Shown: positions 1 through 9,521, counted from the stretch's first letter. The stretch is DNA of 52,765 nt from an uncultured Lachnoclostridium sp. (GCA_964600705.1 CAZRLE010000001.1:1-52765), one strand, 5' to 3'. The notes: generated by a model from the letters alone, not told the origin. A program made the numbers and translations.

Positions 1-28
1 ACTGCTCTTTAATTCTAATAACTCTCTT

Positions 29-652
29 CTACAATCCAAATCTTATCTTACGATATGCAAGAATTTCTTCCATACATTTGTCAAATCCCAATTTCCCACA
101 ATCTAAGCAAAGGTCATAGTTTCTGGCATCTGTCCAGTCTCTTCCTGTATAGTAATGATAATAATCTCCACGGAACTTATCTACCTTAGCAATGAACTTC
201 TTCATTTCTTTTGGTGTCATACTATTACGTTCCATAGCTCTTTCATAACAGAAATCTTCATCTGCATGAACGAATACACTCATTACATTTGGATAGTTAC
301 GAAGTACAAAGTCCGCACAACGACCTACGATTACACAAGATTCTGTTTCTGCAAGCTGTTTAATAATCTTTGCCTGATAGTTAAATAAGTTTCTGTCGGA
401 TACAAAGTCTTCCGATTCTGGTGGAAGCAAATCCCCATCATAAACATTTGTTTTAAATCTAAGAAGACGACTTTTTCTGAGCTTTTCATCTGCTTCCCCA
501 AATAAACCTTCACTGATTCCACTGTCCTCAGATGCCATTCTAAGAATGTCTCTACTGTAAAATGGTATTCCAAGCTCTTTGGCTACCATCTGACCTACGG
601 TTTTTCCTCCACTACCATACTGTCTTGCAATCGTAATTACGATATTATCCAT
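29..652 (-). CDS. cytidylate kinase-like family protein (Cytidylate_kin2-type, function unknown)
   Basis: 207-aa ORF with N-terminal ITIARQYGSGGKTVG P-loop-like motif and overall resemblance to the cytidylate-kinase-like family common in Clostridia. It starts 15 nt after the livF stop, so it is probably co-transcribed. Confidence 0.7.
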   Translation of the reverse strand: MDNIVITIARQYGSGGKTVGQMVAKELGIPFYSRDILRMASEDSGISEGLFGEADEKLRKSRLLRFKTNVYDGDLLPPESEDFVSDRNLFNYQAKIIKQLAETESCVIVGRCADFVLRNYPNVMSVFVHADEDFCYERAMERNSMTPKEMKKFIAKVDKFRGDYYHYYTGRDWTDARNYDLCLDCGKLGFDKCMEEILAYRKIRFGL

Positions 653-667
653 ATCTATACCCCCCTT

Positions 668-1378
668 TTATTCTCCCAGATATGCTTTCTTAATAGAATC
701 ATCATTCATAAGTACTTTAGCATCTCCTGAAAGTACAATTTTACCTGTTTCTAATACGTATGCTCTATCTGCGATAGATAAAGCCTTCTTTGCATTCTGT
801 TCTACTAAAAGAACGGTTGTACCACTGGCACTTACCTTCTCAATAATGTCGAAAATCTCATTTACAAAGATAGGGGATAATCCCATGGAAGGCTCATCCA
901 TTACAATCATCTTAGGATTAGACATAAGTGCACGTCCCATAGCTAACATCTGCTGTTCACCACCAGATAAAGTTCCTGCTCTCTGGGTTTTACGTTCTCT
1001 TAAACGTGGGAAACGTTTGTATACATTTTCCAGATTTTCTGCAATTTCTTTTTTGTCTTTACGGGTATAAGCTCCCATAATTAAGTTTTCATAAACACTA
1101 AGCTGTGCAAATACACGACGGCCTTCTGGAACATGGGCAATTCCCATTTCTACAATCTTATGAGCCGGTATCTTTGTAATATCTTTTCCTTCAAATACGA
1201 TAGAACCCTGCTTTGCAGGCAAAAGTCCTGTTACTGTATGAAGTGTTGTCGTTTTTCCCGCTCCATTGGCACCAATCAGGGCAATAACCTCTCCCTGATT
1301 TACTTCGAAGGAAACATCCTTTAATGCCTGAATCATGCCGTAGTATACCTGCAGCCCATTTACTTCTAACATTGCCAC
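668..1378 (-). CDS. livF: branched-chain amino acid ABC transporter ATP-binding protein (LivF type)
   Basis: 236 aa with Walker A GANGAGKTT, ABC signature LSGGEQQML and Walker B IVMDEPSMGL. It is the last ATPase of a livJHMGF-ordered operon. Confidence 0.9.
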   Translation of the reverse strand: MAMLEVNGLQVYYGMIQALKDVSFEVNQGEVIALIGANGAGKTTTLHTVTGLLPAKQGSIVFEGKDITKIPAHKIVEMGIAHVPEGRRVFAQLSVYENLIMGAYTRKDKKEIAENLENVYKRFPRLRERKTQRAGTLSGGEQQMLAMGRALMSNPKMIVMDEPSMGLSPIFVNEIFDIIEKVSASGTTVLLVEQNAKKALSIADRAYVLETGKIVLSGDAKVLMNDDSIKKAYLGE

Positions 1379-1391
1379 TTTCTCGTTCCTC

Positions 1392-2150
1392 CTATTCGCC
1401 TAAATATGCAGTAATTACTGCCGGATCATTTAATACATCTTCTGTCTTTCCTTGTGTAAGCACACGACCAAAGTTAAGTACAGTAAGTTCTTCGCAGATA
1501 CCACCTACTAATTTCATATCATGCTCAATGAGAAGAATGGTAGTATCAAACTCATCTCTTACAAAACGGATGGTATCCATAAGCTCTGCGGTCTCATTTG
1601 GATTCATACCAGCCGCAGGCTCATCTAACAAAAGAAGCTTTGGTTCTGTTGCAATGGCTCTGGCAATCTCTAACTTACGCTGTTTACCATAAGGAAGATT
1701 ACTTGCTAAAGTATCTGCCTCACTGTCCAGATCAAATACCTTCAAAATCTCCATAGCACGCTGGTCCATCTCTTTTTCCACCTTATAGTAATTAGGCAAA
1801 CGGAAAATTCCTTCTAATACAGAATACTTATGGTGGTTATGAAGTCCTGCCTTTACATTATCAAGTACTGATAATTCTTTAAAAAGACGAATATTCTGAA
1901 AGGTTCTTGCGATTCCTTCTTTATTAATTTCTGTAATAGACTTACCTGTAATATCTTTTCCATCCAGACGAACAATTCCTTCGCTTGGTTTGTATACACC
2001 TGTCAGTAAGTTAAATACAGTAGTCTTTCCTGCTCCGTTTGGTCCGATTAAACCATAGAGCATACCTTTTTCAATCTTCAAATCAAAACCGTCTACTGCA
2101 CGTAAGCCCCCAAATGAAATAGACAAATTTCTTACTTCTAATACTGCCAT
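1392..2150 (-). CDS. livG: branched-chain amino acid ABC transporter ATP-binding protein (LivG type)
   Basis: 252 aa with Walker A GPNGAGKTT, LPYGKQRKLEIARA signature region and Walker B LLLDEPAAGM. The C-terminal end PAVITAYLGE is typical of LivG. Confidence 0.9.
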   Translation of the reverse strand: MAVLEVRNLSISFGGLRAVDGFDLKIEKGMLYGLIGPNGAGKTTVFNLLTGVYKPSEGIVRLDGKDITGKSITEINKEGIARTFQNIRLFKELSVLDNVKAGLHNHHKYSVLEGIFRLPNYYKVEKEMDQRAMEILKVFDLDSEADTLASNLPYGKQRKLEIARAIATEPKLLLLDEPAAGMNPNETAELMDTIRFVRDEFDTTILLIEHDMKLVGGICEELTVLNFGRVLTQGKTEDVLNDPAVITAYLGE

Positions 2151-2151
2151 A

Positions 2152-3234
2152 TTATTTTGCCTCCTTCATTTTTTTGCTCTTAATTGTTGCTTTTACTTTC
2201 TCTCTCCAGTTAATCGCTGCAGGTGCAGAGTTAAATAACATCATAGTAATTAACACAATGGCATAAATAAGCATACGATAATCAGAAAGTCCTCGGAGCA
2301 TTTCCGGAAGCACTGTCAAAATAATCGCAGCAATCATAGAACCTCGGATATTACCAATTCCACCAAGTACTACGAATACAAGAATTAAAATAGAAGTATT
2401 ATAATCGAACTTCTTTACGGTTAATGTAGATAAGTTATGGGCATATAATACACCTGCTACCCCTGCAAGGGCTGCAGAAATGGAAAATGCCATGAGCTTA
2501 TACTTTGTAATATTAATACCCACAGATTCTGCTGCAATACGATTGTCACGGATTGCCATAATCGCACGACCGCTTCTGGAGTTAATCAGATTCAAAATAA
2601 TAAATAATGTAATGAGAATCAGTATAACACCAATTGTGAAATTTGAATTCTTAGGAGCACCTGTAATACCAAGGGCACCTTTTACAAGTACCTGTCCGTC
2701 TGCTTCCATATTAAGGCTTGCTGTATCTGTTGCAGAGAAATGTAATCCATTGCTGTCACGACCAATATAGAGTACATTCATAAGATTTTTGATAATTTCA
2801 CCAAATGCCAAAGTAACGATAGCAAGGTAATCGCCTCGAAGCTTAAGTACCGGAATACCAATGATAATACCAAAAAGTGCTGCAACACCGGCTCCAATTA
2901 AAATTGCTAAAATAAAACGAACCATCTCTGGCAGTGTATCTCCCACCATAACAGAAAAGAAAGCACTGGAATAAGCACCTACACACATAAATCCTGCATG
3001 CCCAAGGCTTAATTCGCCAGAAATACCTACTACCAGATTTAAGGAAATGGCAGCAATGGCATAAACACACATTGGAACCAGAAGTCCTTCCATCAGACTG
3101 GAAATGTTATCTGTCATAATCAGTAACTGTATTACAAGATATGCAGCCACAACCATCAAATAGGTAATGGTATTGCTTTTTGTTGTTTTATCCATGTTTT
3201 TAAAAAGATTTATTTTTACTTTCATTGTTTCCAC
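2152..3234 (-). CDS. livM: branched-chain amino acid ABC transporter permease (LivM type)
   Basis: 360-aa polytopic membrane protein. It sits 1 nt from livG and directly abuts livH, in the canonical operon position. Confidence 0.85.
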   Translation of the reverse strand: METMKVKINLFKNMDKTTKSNTITYLMVVAAYLVIQLLIMTDNISSLMEGLLVPMCVYAIAAISLNLVVGISGELSLGHAGFMCVGAYSSAFFSVMVGDTLPEMVRFILAILIGAGVAALFGIIIGIPVLKLRGDYLAIVTLAFGEIIKNLMNVLYIGRDSNGLHFSATDTASLNMEADGQVLVKGALGITGAPKNSNFTIGVILILITLFIILNLINSRSGRAIMAIRDNRIAAESVGINITKYKLMAFSISAALAGVAGVLYAHNLSTLTVKKFDYNTSILILVFVVLGGIGNIRGSMIAAIILTVLPEMLRGLSDYRMLIYAIVLITMMLFNSAPAAINWREKVKATIKSKKMKEAK

Positions 3235-4119
3235 CTACACTTTCTCCTGAATATTCTTTCCGAACAAGCCAGTAGGCTTAACCAACAAAACAACAATCAA
3301 AACAGCAAATACAATGGCATCTGCCACCTGTGAAGATATGTAAGCTGTACCTAAATTCTGGATGATACCTAATAAGATGCCTCCAACCATAGCTCCAGGA
3401 ATAGAACCAATTCCACCAAATACCGCAGCTACGAAAGCCTTAATACCAGGCATAGCACCCGTATATGGTGTAAGACTTGGGTAAGCAGAGCACATCAGCA
3501 CACCTGCAATTGCAGCCAGACCAGAACCAATGGCAAATGTTAAAGAAATCGTTGCATTTACATTGATACCCATAAGCTGTGCTGCCCCACGATCTTCTGA
3601 TACAGCCTTCATGGCTCTTCCTGGCTTAGTCTTATTTACAAACAGAGTCAGACCACACATAATTACGATACATGCGATAATAGTCACTATCGTTGTTCCT
3701 GAAATAATCAATTCGCCGCCTGCTAAAGATATGGAAGGTACAGAAATTACATTAACAAATGACTTTGTATCTGCACCAAATACCAACAACGCTATATTCT
3801 GTAAGAAATAACTTACACCGATAGCTGTAATTAAAACTGCCAAGGAAGAGGATGCTCCTCGCAAAGGCTTATAAGCTATCTTCTCAATTACCATACCTAA
3901 AACTGTGCACACACCCATACTGATTAGTACCGCAGGTAATGGGCTCACTCCAGCTCCTGTTAACAAAGTAAGTGCTGTATATGCTCCAATCATGATAACA
4001 TCACCATGAGCAAAATTCAGCATCTTAGCAATTCCGTATACCATAGTATAGCCTAACGCAATAATCGCGTACACACTACCTAAGCTTATACCATTAATCA
4101 AATACGTTATAAAACTCAT
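3235..4119 (-). CDS. livH: branched-chain amino acid ABC transporter permease (LivH type)
   Basis: 294-aa polytopic membrane protein. The N-terminus INGISLGSVYAIIALGYTMVYG is typical of LivH. Confidence 0.85.
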   Translation of the reverse strand: MSFITYLINGISLGSVYAIIALGYTMVYGIAKMLNFAHGDVIMIGAYTALTLLTGAGVSPLPAVLISMGVCTVLGMVIEKIAYKPLRGASSSLAVLITAIGVSYFLQNIALLVFGADTKSFVNVISVPSISLAGGELIISGTTIVTIIACIVIMCGLTLFVNKTKPGRAMKAVSEDRGAAQLMGINVNATISLTFAIGSGLAAIAGVLMCSAYPSLTPYTGAMPGIKAFVAAVFGGIGSIPGAMVGGILLGIIQNLGTAYISSQVADAIVFAVLIVVLLVKPTGLFGKNIQEKV

Positions 4120-4158
4120 GCTTCTCTCCGTCCCTTCAACGTTAATATATAATTGCTT

Positions 4159-4187
4159 ATTATAACATTAAAGGGATACCCTTTCAA
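4159..4187 (-). promoter_or_regulatory. candidate internal sigma-A promoter for livHMGF, with a small hairpin in the spacer
   Basis: Minus strand reads TTGAAA-17 nt-TATAAT (with TGT upstream of the -10). The hairpin AAAGGG-TAT-CCCTTT (4170-4184) lies between livJ and livH. Confidence 0.35.
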
Positions 4188-4258
4188 GTCTTCCCGACTA
4201 AAAGAATATCCCCTATTTAACCCTATTCTATTACTCTCATCCAAAATCCTATATCTTT

Positions 4259-5425
4259 TTACTGCATTGCTTTGTATGCACCATCAGCAATTATAACTGC
4301 TTTAGGTTCTTTGTTAGGTTCACCGGATGCATCCCATGTAATTGTACCAGTAAGACCTTCTAAAGTAATCTGTGTCATAGCTTCTTTCATTGCATCGCAA
4401 AGATCGGAAGCGGACATATCTGCTGTAGCACCAGCTTTTTCAATTGCTGCTTTCACTGCATATACTGCATCATATGCATCTGCTGCGAACTGCATTGGAA
4501 CTTCATTGTTATATTTTTCTGCATAAGTCTTAACAAAGTTCTGAGTTGCTTCATCTGTTGCATCTGCTGCGAATGGTGTAAGAAGCATAACTCCTTCTGC
4601 TAAAGAAACATCAAAGTTTTCTACACCAAGGATTCCATCTAAGCCGTCACAACCAAAAATTGTAGGAGCATATCCCATCTCTTTTGCCTGCTGTAAAATT
4701 AAAGATGCTTCCTGGAAATAGATAGGTAAGAATAATAAATCTGCATTACTATCTTTTGCTTTCTGTAACTGTACCTTAAAATCAGTCTTGCTGTCTGATG
4801 TGAAGGCTTCTGTTGCAACTACTTCAATACCCTGATTTGCTGCTTCTGCCTTAAAGCTTTCACAGATACCAGAAGAATATGGATCAGAGCTGTCATAAAT
4901 GATTGCAACCTTAGTTGCTAAATTATTCATACCGATAAACTCAGCTGATTTTGTACCCTGTGTTGGGTCTGAGAAACAAAGACGGAATGCATTGTCACCA
5001 CTGATACAATCTGTTGCTGTTCCAGAAGGAGTAATCAGGAACAGATTATCATTAGAAGCTTCTGCCTCTACAGCGATACATGGAGCACTTGTTACAGTAC
5101 CAACTAATGCCTGCATACCCCAGTCTTTTAAGATGTTGTAAGCATTTACAGATTTTTCTGCATCATGTTCATCATCTTCCATTCTGAATTCAATCTTAAC
5201 ACCATTGATACCACCTGCTGCATTGATTTCTTCTACAGCGATCTGTGCACCTTTGTTAACTGCGTCCCCATATGCTCCTGCTCCACCTGTTAATGGACCA
5301 ATAGCACCAATTTTAAATACGGCTTCTCCATTTGTTGTTCCTTCAGAACTTTCACCGCCGCCACATGCTGTTAAACAGCTCATTGCAAGCACAATTGTAA
5401 GTAATACGCTAATAAACTTTTTCAT
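4259..5425 (-). CDS. livJ: branched-chain amino acid ABC transporter substrate-binding lipoprotein
   Basis: 388 aa with a signal peptide and lipobox (MKKFISVLLTIVLAMSCLTAC-GGG). The type I periplasmic-binding-protein fold sequence is typical of Leu/Ile/Val binders. It is the first gene of the liv operon. Confidence 0.85.
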   Translation of the reverse strand: MKKFISVLLTIVLAMSCLTACGGGESSEGTTNGEAVFKIGAIGPLTGGAGAYGDAVNKGAQIAVEEINAAGGINGVKIEFRMEDDEHDAEKSVNAYNILKDWGMQALVGTVTSAPCIAVEAEASNDNLFLITPSGTATDCISGDNAFRLCFSDPTQGTKSAEFIGMNNLATKVAIIYDSSDPYSSGICESFKAEAANQGIEVVATEAFTSDSKTDFKVQLQKAKDSNADLLFLPIYFQEASLILQQAKEMGYAPTIFGCDGLDGILGVENFDVSLAEGVMLLTPFAADATDEATQNFVKTYAEKYNNEVPMQFAADAYDAVYAVKAAIEKAGATADMSASDLCDAMKEAMTQITLEGLTGTITWDASGEPNKEPKAVIIADGAYKAMQ

Positions 5426-5464
5426 ATTAACACTTTGCCTCCTTAAAGCTAAATAATTTTTAAT

Positions 5465-5493
5465 ATATTAACCCCTATTTTCCAAATTGTCAA
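5465..5493 (-). promoter_or_regulatory. candidate sigma-A promoter of the liv operon
   Basis: Minus strand reads TTGACA-17 nt-TAATAT, about 40 nt upstream of the livJ start with an AAGGAGG SD in between. Confidence 0.45.
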
Positions 5494-5537
5494 GTAATTA
5501 TCAATATTTTATTGTTTTTTCTATCTTATCCCTCGCA

Positions 5538-5566
5538 TTGCGCAAAAGATATGACTATGATATAAT
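5538..5566 (+). promoter_or_regulatory. candidate sigma-A promoter of the hybrid kinase/HD-GYP operon
   Basis: TTGCGC-17 nt-TATAAT with a TGn extended -10 (TGATATAAT), 48 nt upstream of the ATG at 5614. Confidence 0.35.
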
Positions 5567-5613
5567 TTCCATATGAATAAATTTATTATATTTGAAGAAT
5601 GTGAGATGATGGT

Positions 5614-7881
5614 ATGGCATATCTGATTCGCTCTACCTTTGCTTTTTGGTTTGGAATCATATTAACCTACAAATTTGCCGGTGTAAAAGTCGACCGAAAA
5701 GCCATTATGAAAATGTGTATGTTTTTCATAATTTCTTTATTATTACAAGCACTCACCTATTACAATAACACTGCAGAACTTGCAGAACGTCTATATCCTT
5801 TTACAACTCATATTCCCCTGATGCTTTGGTTAATCGTAATTCATGGCATCAAGTGGGAAATCAGTATCAGTGCCGTTATAACAGCCTATTTATGTTGTGA
5901 GCTTCCAAACTGGGTCAGCTACTTTGCAGCGATTGCCTTTGGTTCTAATTATAACATCGAAGTCGCATTTTACGGCATCGGCAGTATTATCATACTGATT
6001 TGGCTATCCCGTTATGCTGCTCCTGCTTTACTTTCACTTTTCTCAAGTTCACGGAAGGTCTGTCTTTTATTTACGACGATTCCGTTTCTTTATTATTTAT
6101 GGTGTTATTCTGCAACTGTTTATACCTCTTATATGGAGGAACACGGCTATCAGGTTGCATTTACCATGTCAGCGCTCTTTACCTTTATGTTTTTAATCTT
6201 TGCCATTGCACAAAATAAAAATCGAGAAGATATAAAGATTATGAAGGAACTGGAGAAAGCAAAAAACGCTGAATACCTTGCAAAACAGGAAGCCATACGG
6301 GCTAACAAAGCTAAAGGCGAATTCCTTGCAAGTATGTCCCATGAGATTCGTACCCCAATCAATGCCGTACTCGGTCTTGATGAAATGATTCTCAGAGAAT
6401 GCACAGACCCACAAATTTTAGACTATGCCGCCAAGATAAAAACTTCCGGCCAGTCACTTTTATTTTTAATCAATGACATTTTGGATTTATCAAAAATTGA
6501 GTCGGAACGCATGGACATTACTCCATCGAAATACGAACCAAACAAACTGATTTCAGAAATCCTGTTAATGATAGAGCCCCGTCTGAATGCTAAGGGTCTT
6601 CACTTGCAGTACGAAATTGATTCCCATATTCCTTCTGTACTCTATGGTGATGACATGCGTATTCGCCAGATTTTGATTAACCTGTTGACAAATGCTGTAA
6701 AGTATACAGATGAAGGAAAAGTAACTCTCTCTATTCAGCGCATTTCTGCTACAGAAGAAGATGTTCTTCTCCGATTCTCTGTCAGAGATACTGGTATTGG
6801 TATCAAAGAAGAAGACCAAGAGACGCTTTTTGACTCCTTCCGCCGTGTGGATTTAGCACACAATAAAAAAATCGAAGGAACTGGTCTTGGACTCAGTATT
6901 ACCCTCAAACTGCTTCGGTTAATGGGGTCTGACTTAGAACTCCAAAGTATCTATGGCGTTGGTTCGGATTTCCATTTTGACCTTCGCCAAAAGATAGTGG
7001 ATACCACAAACATGGGTGACTTCAAAAAAGGTTTTCAGGAGGTTACCCTCACGGATACTTACAGAGAAAGCTTTACCGCTCCAAATGCAAACATATTAGT
7101 TGTTGACGACTATGATTTAAACCTCGTAGTTTTCAAAGGACTTCTTAAAAATAGTCAGATGAATATAAAAGCAGCTCTATCTGGACAAGAAGCTTTGCAA
7201 CTCATTGAAAAAGAACACTTTGACATAGTATTTATGGATCATCTGATGCCTCATATGGATGGACTCGAAACCTTAGAACATATATTGAAGGACAACAGCT
7301 TACGTCAAAATGCAAAGGTCATTATTGCATTAACTGCAAACGCAGTTGTTGGTGCAAAGGAGGAGTATTTACAGGCTGGCTTTTCAGATTATCTAAAAAA
7401 ACCATTCCGCGGTCAGGAATTAGAAGAAATTCTCCTTAAATTTCTTCCTCCAGATATGATACAGACACCTGTTTTCACTGATACTCCTGCTATATTTAAG
7501 ACAGACAGTATTGAAATCATTCCTACTGTTCCTCCTGACGTTATTTCAGAAGTAATCGACCAAAAGCTTGGAATCAGTTTCTGTGATGGTGATAAAGAGT
7601 TCTACTTTGAGATACTACATGCTTTTTTACAAAGCGATTTTTCTACAACTCTAAACAACTATTTTATCGCTCAAGACTGGAAAGGCTATCAGATATCCAT
7701 TCATGGTGCTAAATCAGGTGCCAAATCCATTGGTGCCATGCCTCTTTCCGAATTGGCAAAGGATATGGAACTGGCACTTAAGGAACGAAATGACACCGAA
7801 TATATTATCACAAACCACTCTTTCATTCTTCGTGAAATTGAAAAGCTTGAAAATGCAATTCACCAATTGATAAATCAGTAA
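5614..7881 (+). CDS. hybrid sensor histidine kinase (multi-TM sensor, HisKA, HATPase, REC, Hpt)
   Basis: 755 aa. About 6-7 hydrophobic helices fill the first 200 aa with no large loop. Motifs: H-box SMSHEIRTPINAV; ATPase boxes NAVKYT, DTGIGI, GTGLGLSI; receiver ILVVDDYDLN...FMDHLMPHMDG...LKKP; Hpt motif HGAKSGAKSIGA. The SD is weak, so the start is less certain. Confidence 0.85.
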   Translation: MAYLIRSTFAFWFGIILTYKFAGVKVDRKAIMKMCMFFIISLLLQALTYYNNTAELAERLYPFTTHIPLMLWLIVIHGIKWEISISAVITAYLCCELPNWVSYFAAIAFGSNYNIEVAFYGIGSIIILIWLSRYAAPALLSLFSSSRKVCLLFTTIPFLYYLWCYSATVYTSYMEEHGYQVAFTMSALFTFMFLIFAIAQNKNREDIKIMKELEKAKNAEYLAKQEAIRANKAKGEFLASMSHEIRTPINAVLGLDEMILRECTDPQILDYAAKIKTSGQSLLFLINDILDLSKIESERMDITPSKYEPNKLISEILLMIEPRLNAKGLHLQYEIDSHIPSVLYGDDMRIRQILINLLTNAVKYTDEGKVTLSIQRISATEEDVLLRFSVRDTGIGIKEEDQETLFDSFRRVDLAHNKKIEGTGLGLSITLKLLRLMGSDLELQSIYGVGSDFHFDLRQKIVDTTNMGDFKKGFQEVTLTDTYRESFTAPNANILVVDDYDLNLVVFKGLLKNSQMNIKAALSGQEALQLIEKEHFDIVFMDHLMPHMDGLETLEHILKDNSLRQNAKVIIALTANAVVGAKEEYLQAGFSDYLKKPFRGQELEEILLKFLPPDMIQTPVFTDTPAIFKTDSIEIIPTVPPDVISEVIDQKLGISFCDGDKEFYFEILHAFLQSDFSTTLNNYFIAQDWKGYQISIHGAKSGAKSIGAMPLSELAKDMELALKERNDTEYIITNHSFILREIEKLENAIHQLINQ

Positions 7882-7906
7882 AAAATATACACAAAAGGAG
7901 ACTGCT

Positions 7907-9346
7907 ATGAAATTTACATCCACATCAAATTTAATCCCCGGAATGGTACTTGGACAAAACCTTTTCGGTATAGAACAATATGAAAAATATAAACTTGGAA
8001 CCATACTGACTGCTAATGACATCCTGTTTTTAGATGATGCTGGTGTTGTAGGTGTTTACACTATGGAGGCTCTTCCCGCCAAAATTCTAAGTTCGGATGA
8101 TTTAATGAAGCAATGTCTGGAGGCTGTTAAAAAAGCTGATATCAATGCTATGCTGTCTCTTGCCAAACAAATCGTAACTGACCTTACAGCACGGCCTATA
8201 TCCCTTGATTTTAGAAGTGTACGCTCTTACAAGGATTACCTTTCACACCATAGTGTGTGTGTTGCTGTATATGCTGTTGCTACTGGCATCAAACTTGGAC
8301 TATCCAAATCTGAACTGGAAGCACTGGCACTGGCTGGCTTATTACATGACATCGGACAGGCATTACTGAATAAATCACTGTTACTCAAAAAAGAACAATT
8401 AACCCCAGATGAATATGAGCAAGTCAAACGCCATCCAAAAGAAAGCTATAATTTTGTTGCTCAGGACGACAGAATTCCAGCCATGGTAAAGGATGCAATT
8501 CTTGCCCATCACGAAAACTACAATGGAACCGGTTATCCAAACCAATTAAGCGAAGATAACATTCCTATGTTAGCCCGTATTCTTCACGTTGTAGACGTAT
8601 ATGATGCCCTCATGGCCAAACGCCCTTACAAAAAAGGCATGTCAAGTGCCCAGGCAATCAATTATCTCATAGGTGGAAAAACTATTTTATTTGACGAACT
8701 TATCGTAGATACCTTTGCACAGATTGCCGTTCCTTATCCAACCGGCTGTGAAGTCAAATTATCTACCAATGAGATTGCACTGGTTATCAGTCAGACAGAG
8801 GACAAGTTGCGTCCACGCATCTATTTGAACGATAAATGCTGTGTTCTTAACCTATTCCTTGAATATCCGGATATTACCATTTTGTATGATGTGGAATATG
8901 AACACATTGTCAAGGAATCCGTTGCCCGTACAGAATTAGAAACTGCCTCCACACAGACAGTAACTACCACGAAGAAGATTTTAATTGTAGATGATGTTTT
9001 TGTAAGTATAGCCCATACCAAACGCGCCTTAGGTCCAAATTACGATGTTGTAACCTGCTCCCAAGGTTCCAAAGCTGCCATGATGGTTTCCATTGAAAAA
9101 CCTGATTTAATTCTGATGGATTATGAAATGCCTGACATGGATGGTGCTACTGCAGTAAATGAAATACACAAATTAGGTTATCGTATGCCAATTATTTTCC
9201 TTACCGGAAAAAGTAACAAAGAAACTGTGTACGCCTGCAAAAACTGCGGTGCTATCGACTACATCCTAAAACCTGCTAACCCTGTATATTTACGCACCCG
9301 TATTGAAATGGCATTAAATAACATCGACGGAAATGCACTTTTATAA
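7907..9346 (+). CDS. HD-GYP domain protein with C-terminal receiver domain (putative cyclic dinucleotide phosphodiesterase response regulator)
   Basis: 479 aa. HD-GYP motifs are LLHDIGQ, HHENYNGTGYP and DVYDALMAKRPYK. The C-terminal REC has ILIVDD...LILMDYEMPDMDG...ILKP. An AAGGAG SD lies 6 nt upstream, and the gene starts 25 nt after the kinase stop. Confidence 0.85.
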   Translation: MKFTSTSNLIPGMVLGQNLFGIEQYEKYKLGTILTANDILFLDDAGVVGVYTMEALPAKILSSDDLMKQCLEAVKKADINAMLSLAKQIVTDLTARPISLDFRSVRSYKDYLSHHSVCVAVYAVATGIKLGLSKSELEALALAGLLHDIGQALLNKSLLLKKEQLTPDEYEQVKRHPKESYNFVAQDDRIPAMVKDAILAHHENYNGTGYPNQLSEDNIPMLARILHVVDVYDALMAKRPYKKGMSSAQAINYLIGGKTILFDELIVDTFAQIAVPYPTGCEVKLSTNEIALVISQTEDKLRPRIYLNDKCCVLNLFLEYPDITILYDVEYEHIVKESVARTELETASTQTVTTTKKILIVDDVFVSIAHTKRALGPNYDVVTCSQGSKAAMMVSIEKPDLILMDYEMPDMDGATAVNEIHKLGYRMPIIFLTGKSNKETVYACKNCGAIDYILKPANPVYLRTRIEMALNNIDGNALL

Positions 9347-9354
9347 ACAACAGA

Positions 9355-9412
9355 AAACACATAGGATTCTATCTTCTATCCAGATAGTCCTATGTGTTTC
9401 CTTATTTTTTTA
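9355..9412 (+). terminator. intrinsic terminator after the HD-GYP-REC gene
   Basis: 12-bp stem AAACACATAGGA / TCCTATGTGTTT (9355-9366 / 9388-9399) followed by CCTTATTTTTTT. Confidence 0.7.
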
Positions 9413-9521
9413 ACATTATTTTCTTATAGGTCTACTCCTTTCAGATGCCATTTTTTGATAAATATACCACCTTTCACCCCTTGTTCCATTAATTTTTATT
9501 TTGCTGCCTGCACGTGCAAAG

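Noticed and set aside
5476-5490. Possible CodY box (TATTTTCCAAATTGT) in the liv promoter.
   Set aside because: It matches the AATTTTCWGAAAATT consensus at only about 9 of 15 positions, which is indistinguishable from AT-rich background by eye.
5426-5613. T-box or riboswitch leaders upstream of the liv operon. I also looked upstream of relA (41093-41148), apt (41185-41248) and the MCP operon (18805-18884).
   Set aside because: Leaders between the best promoters and the start codons are about 25-80 nt. They lack specifier/T-box, purine or GEMM-like conserved cores that I could recognise. A covariance-model scan would be needed to be definitive.
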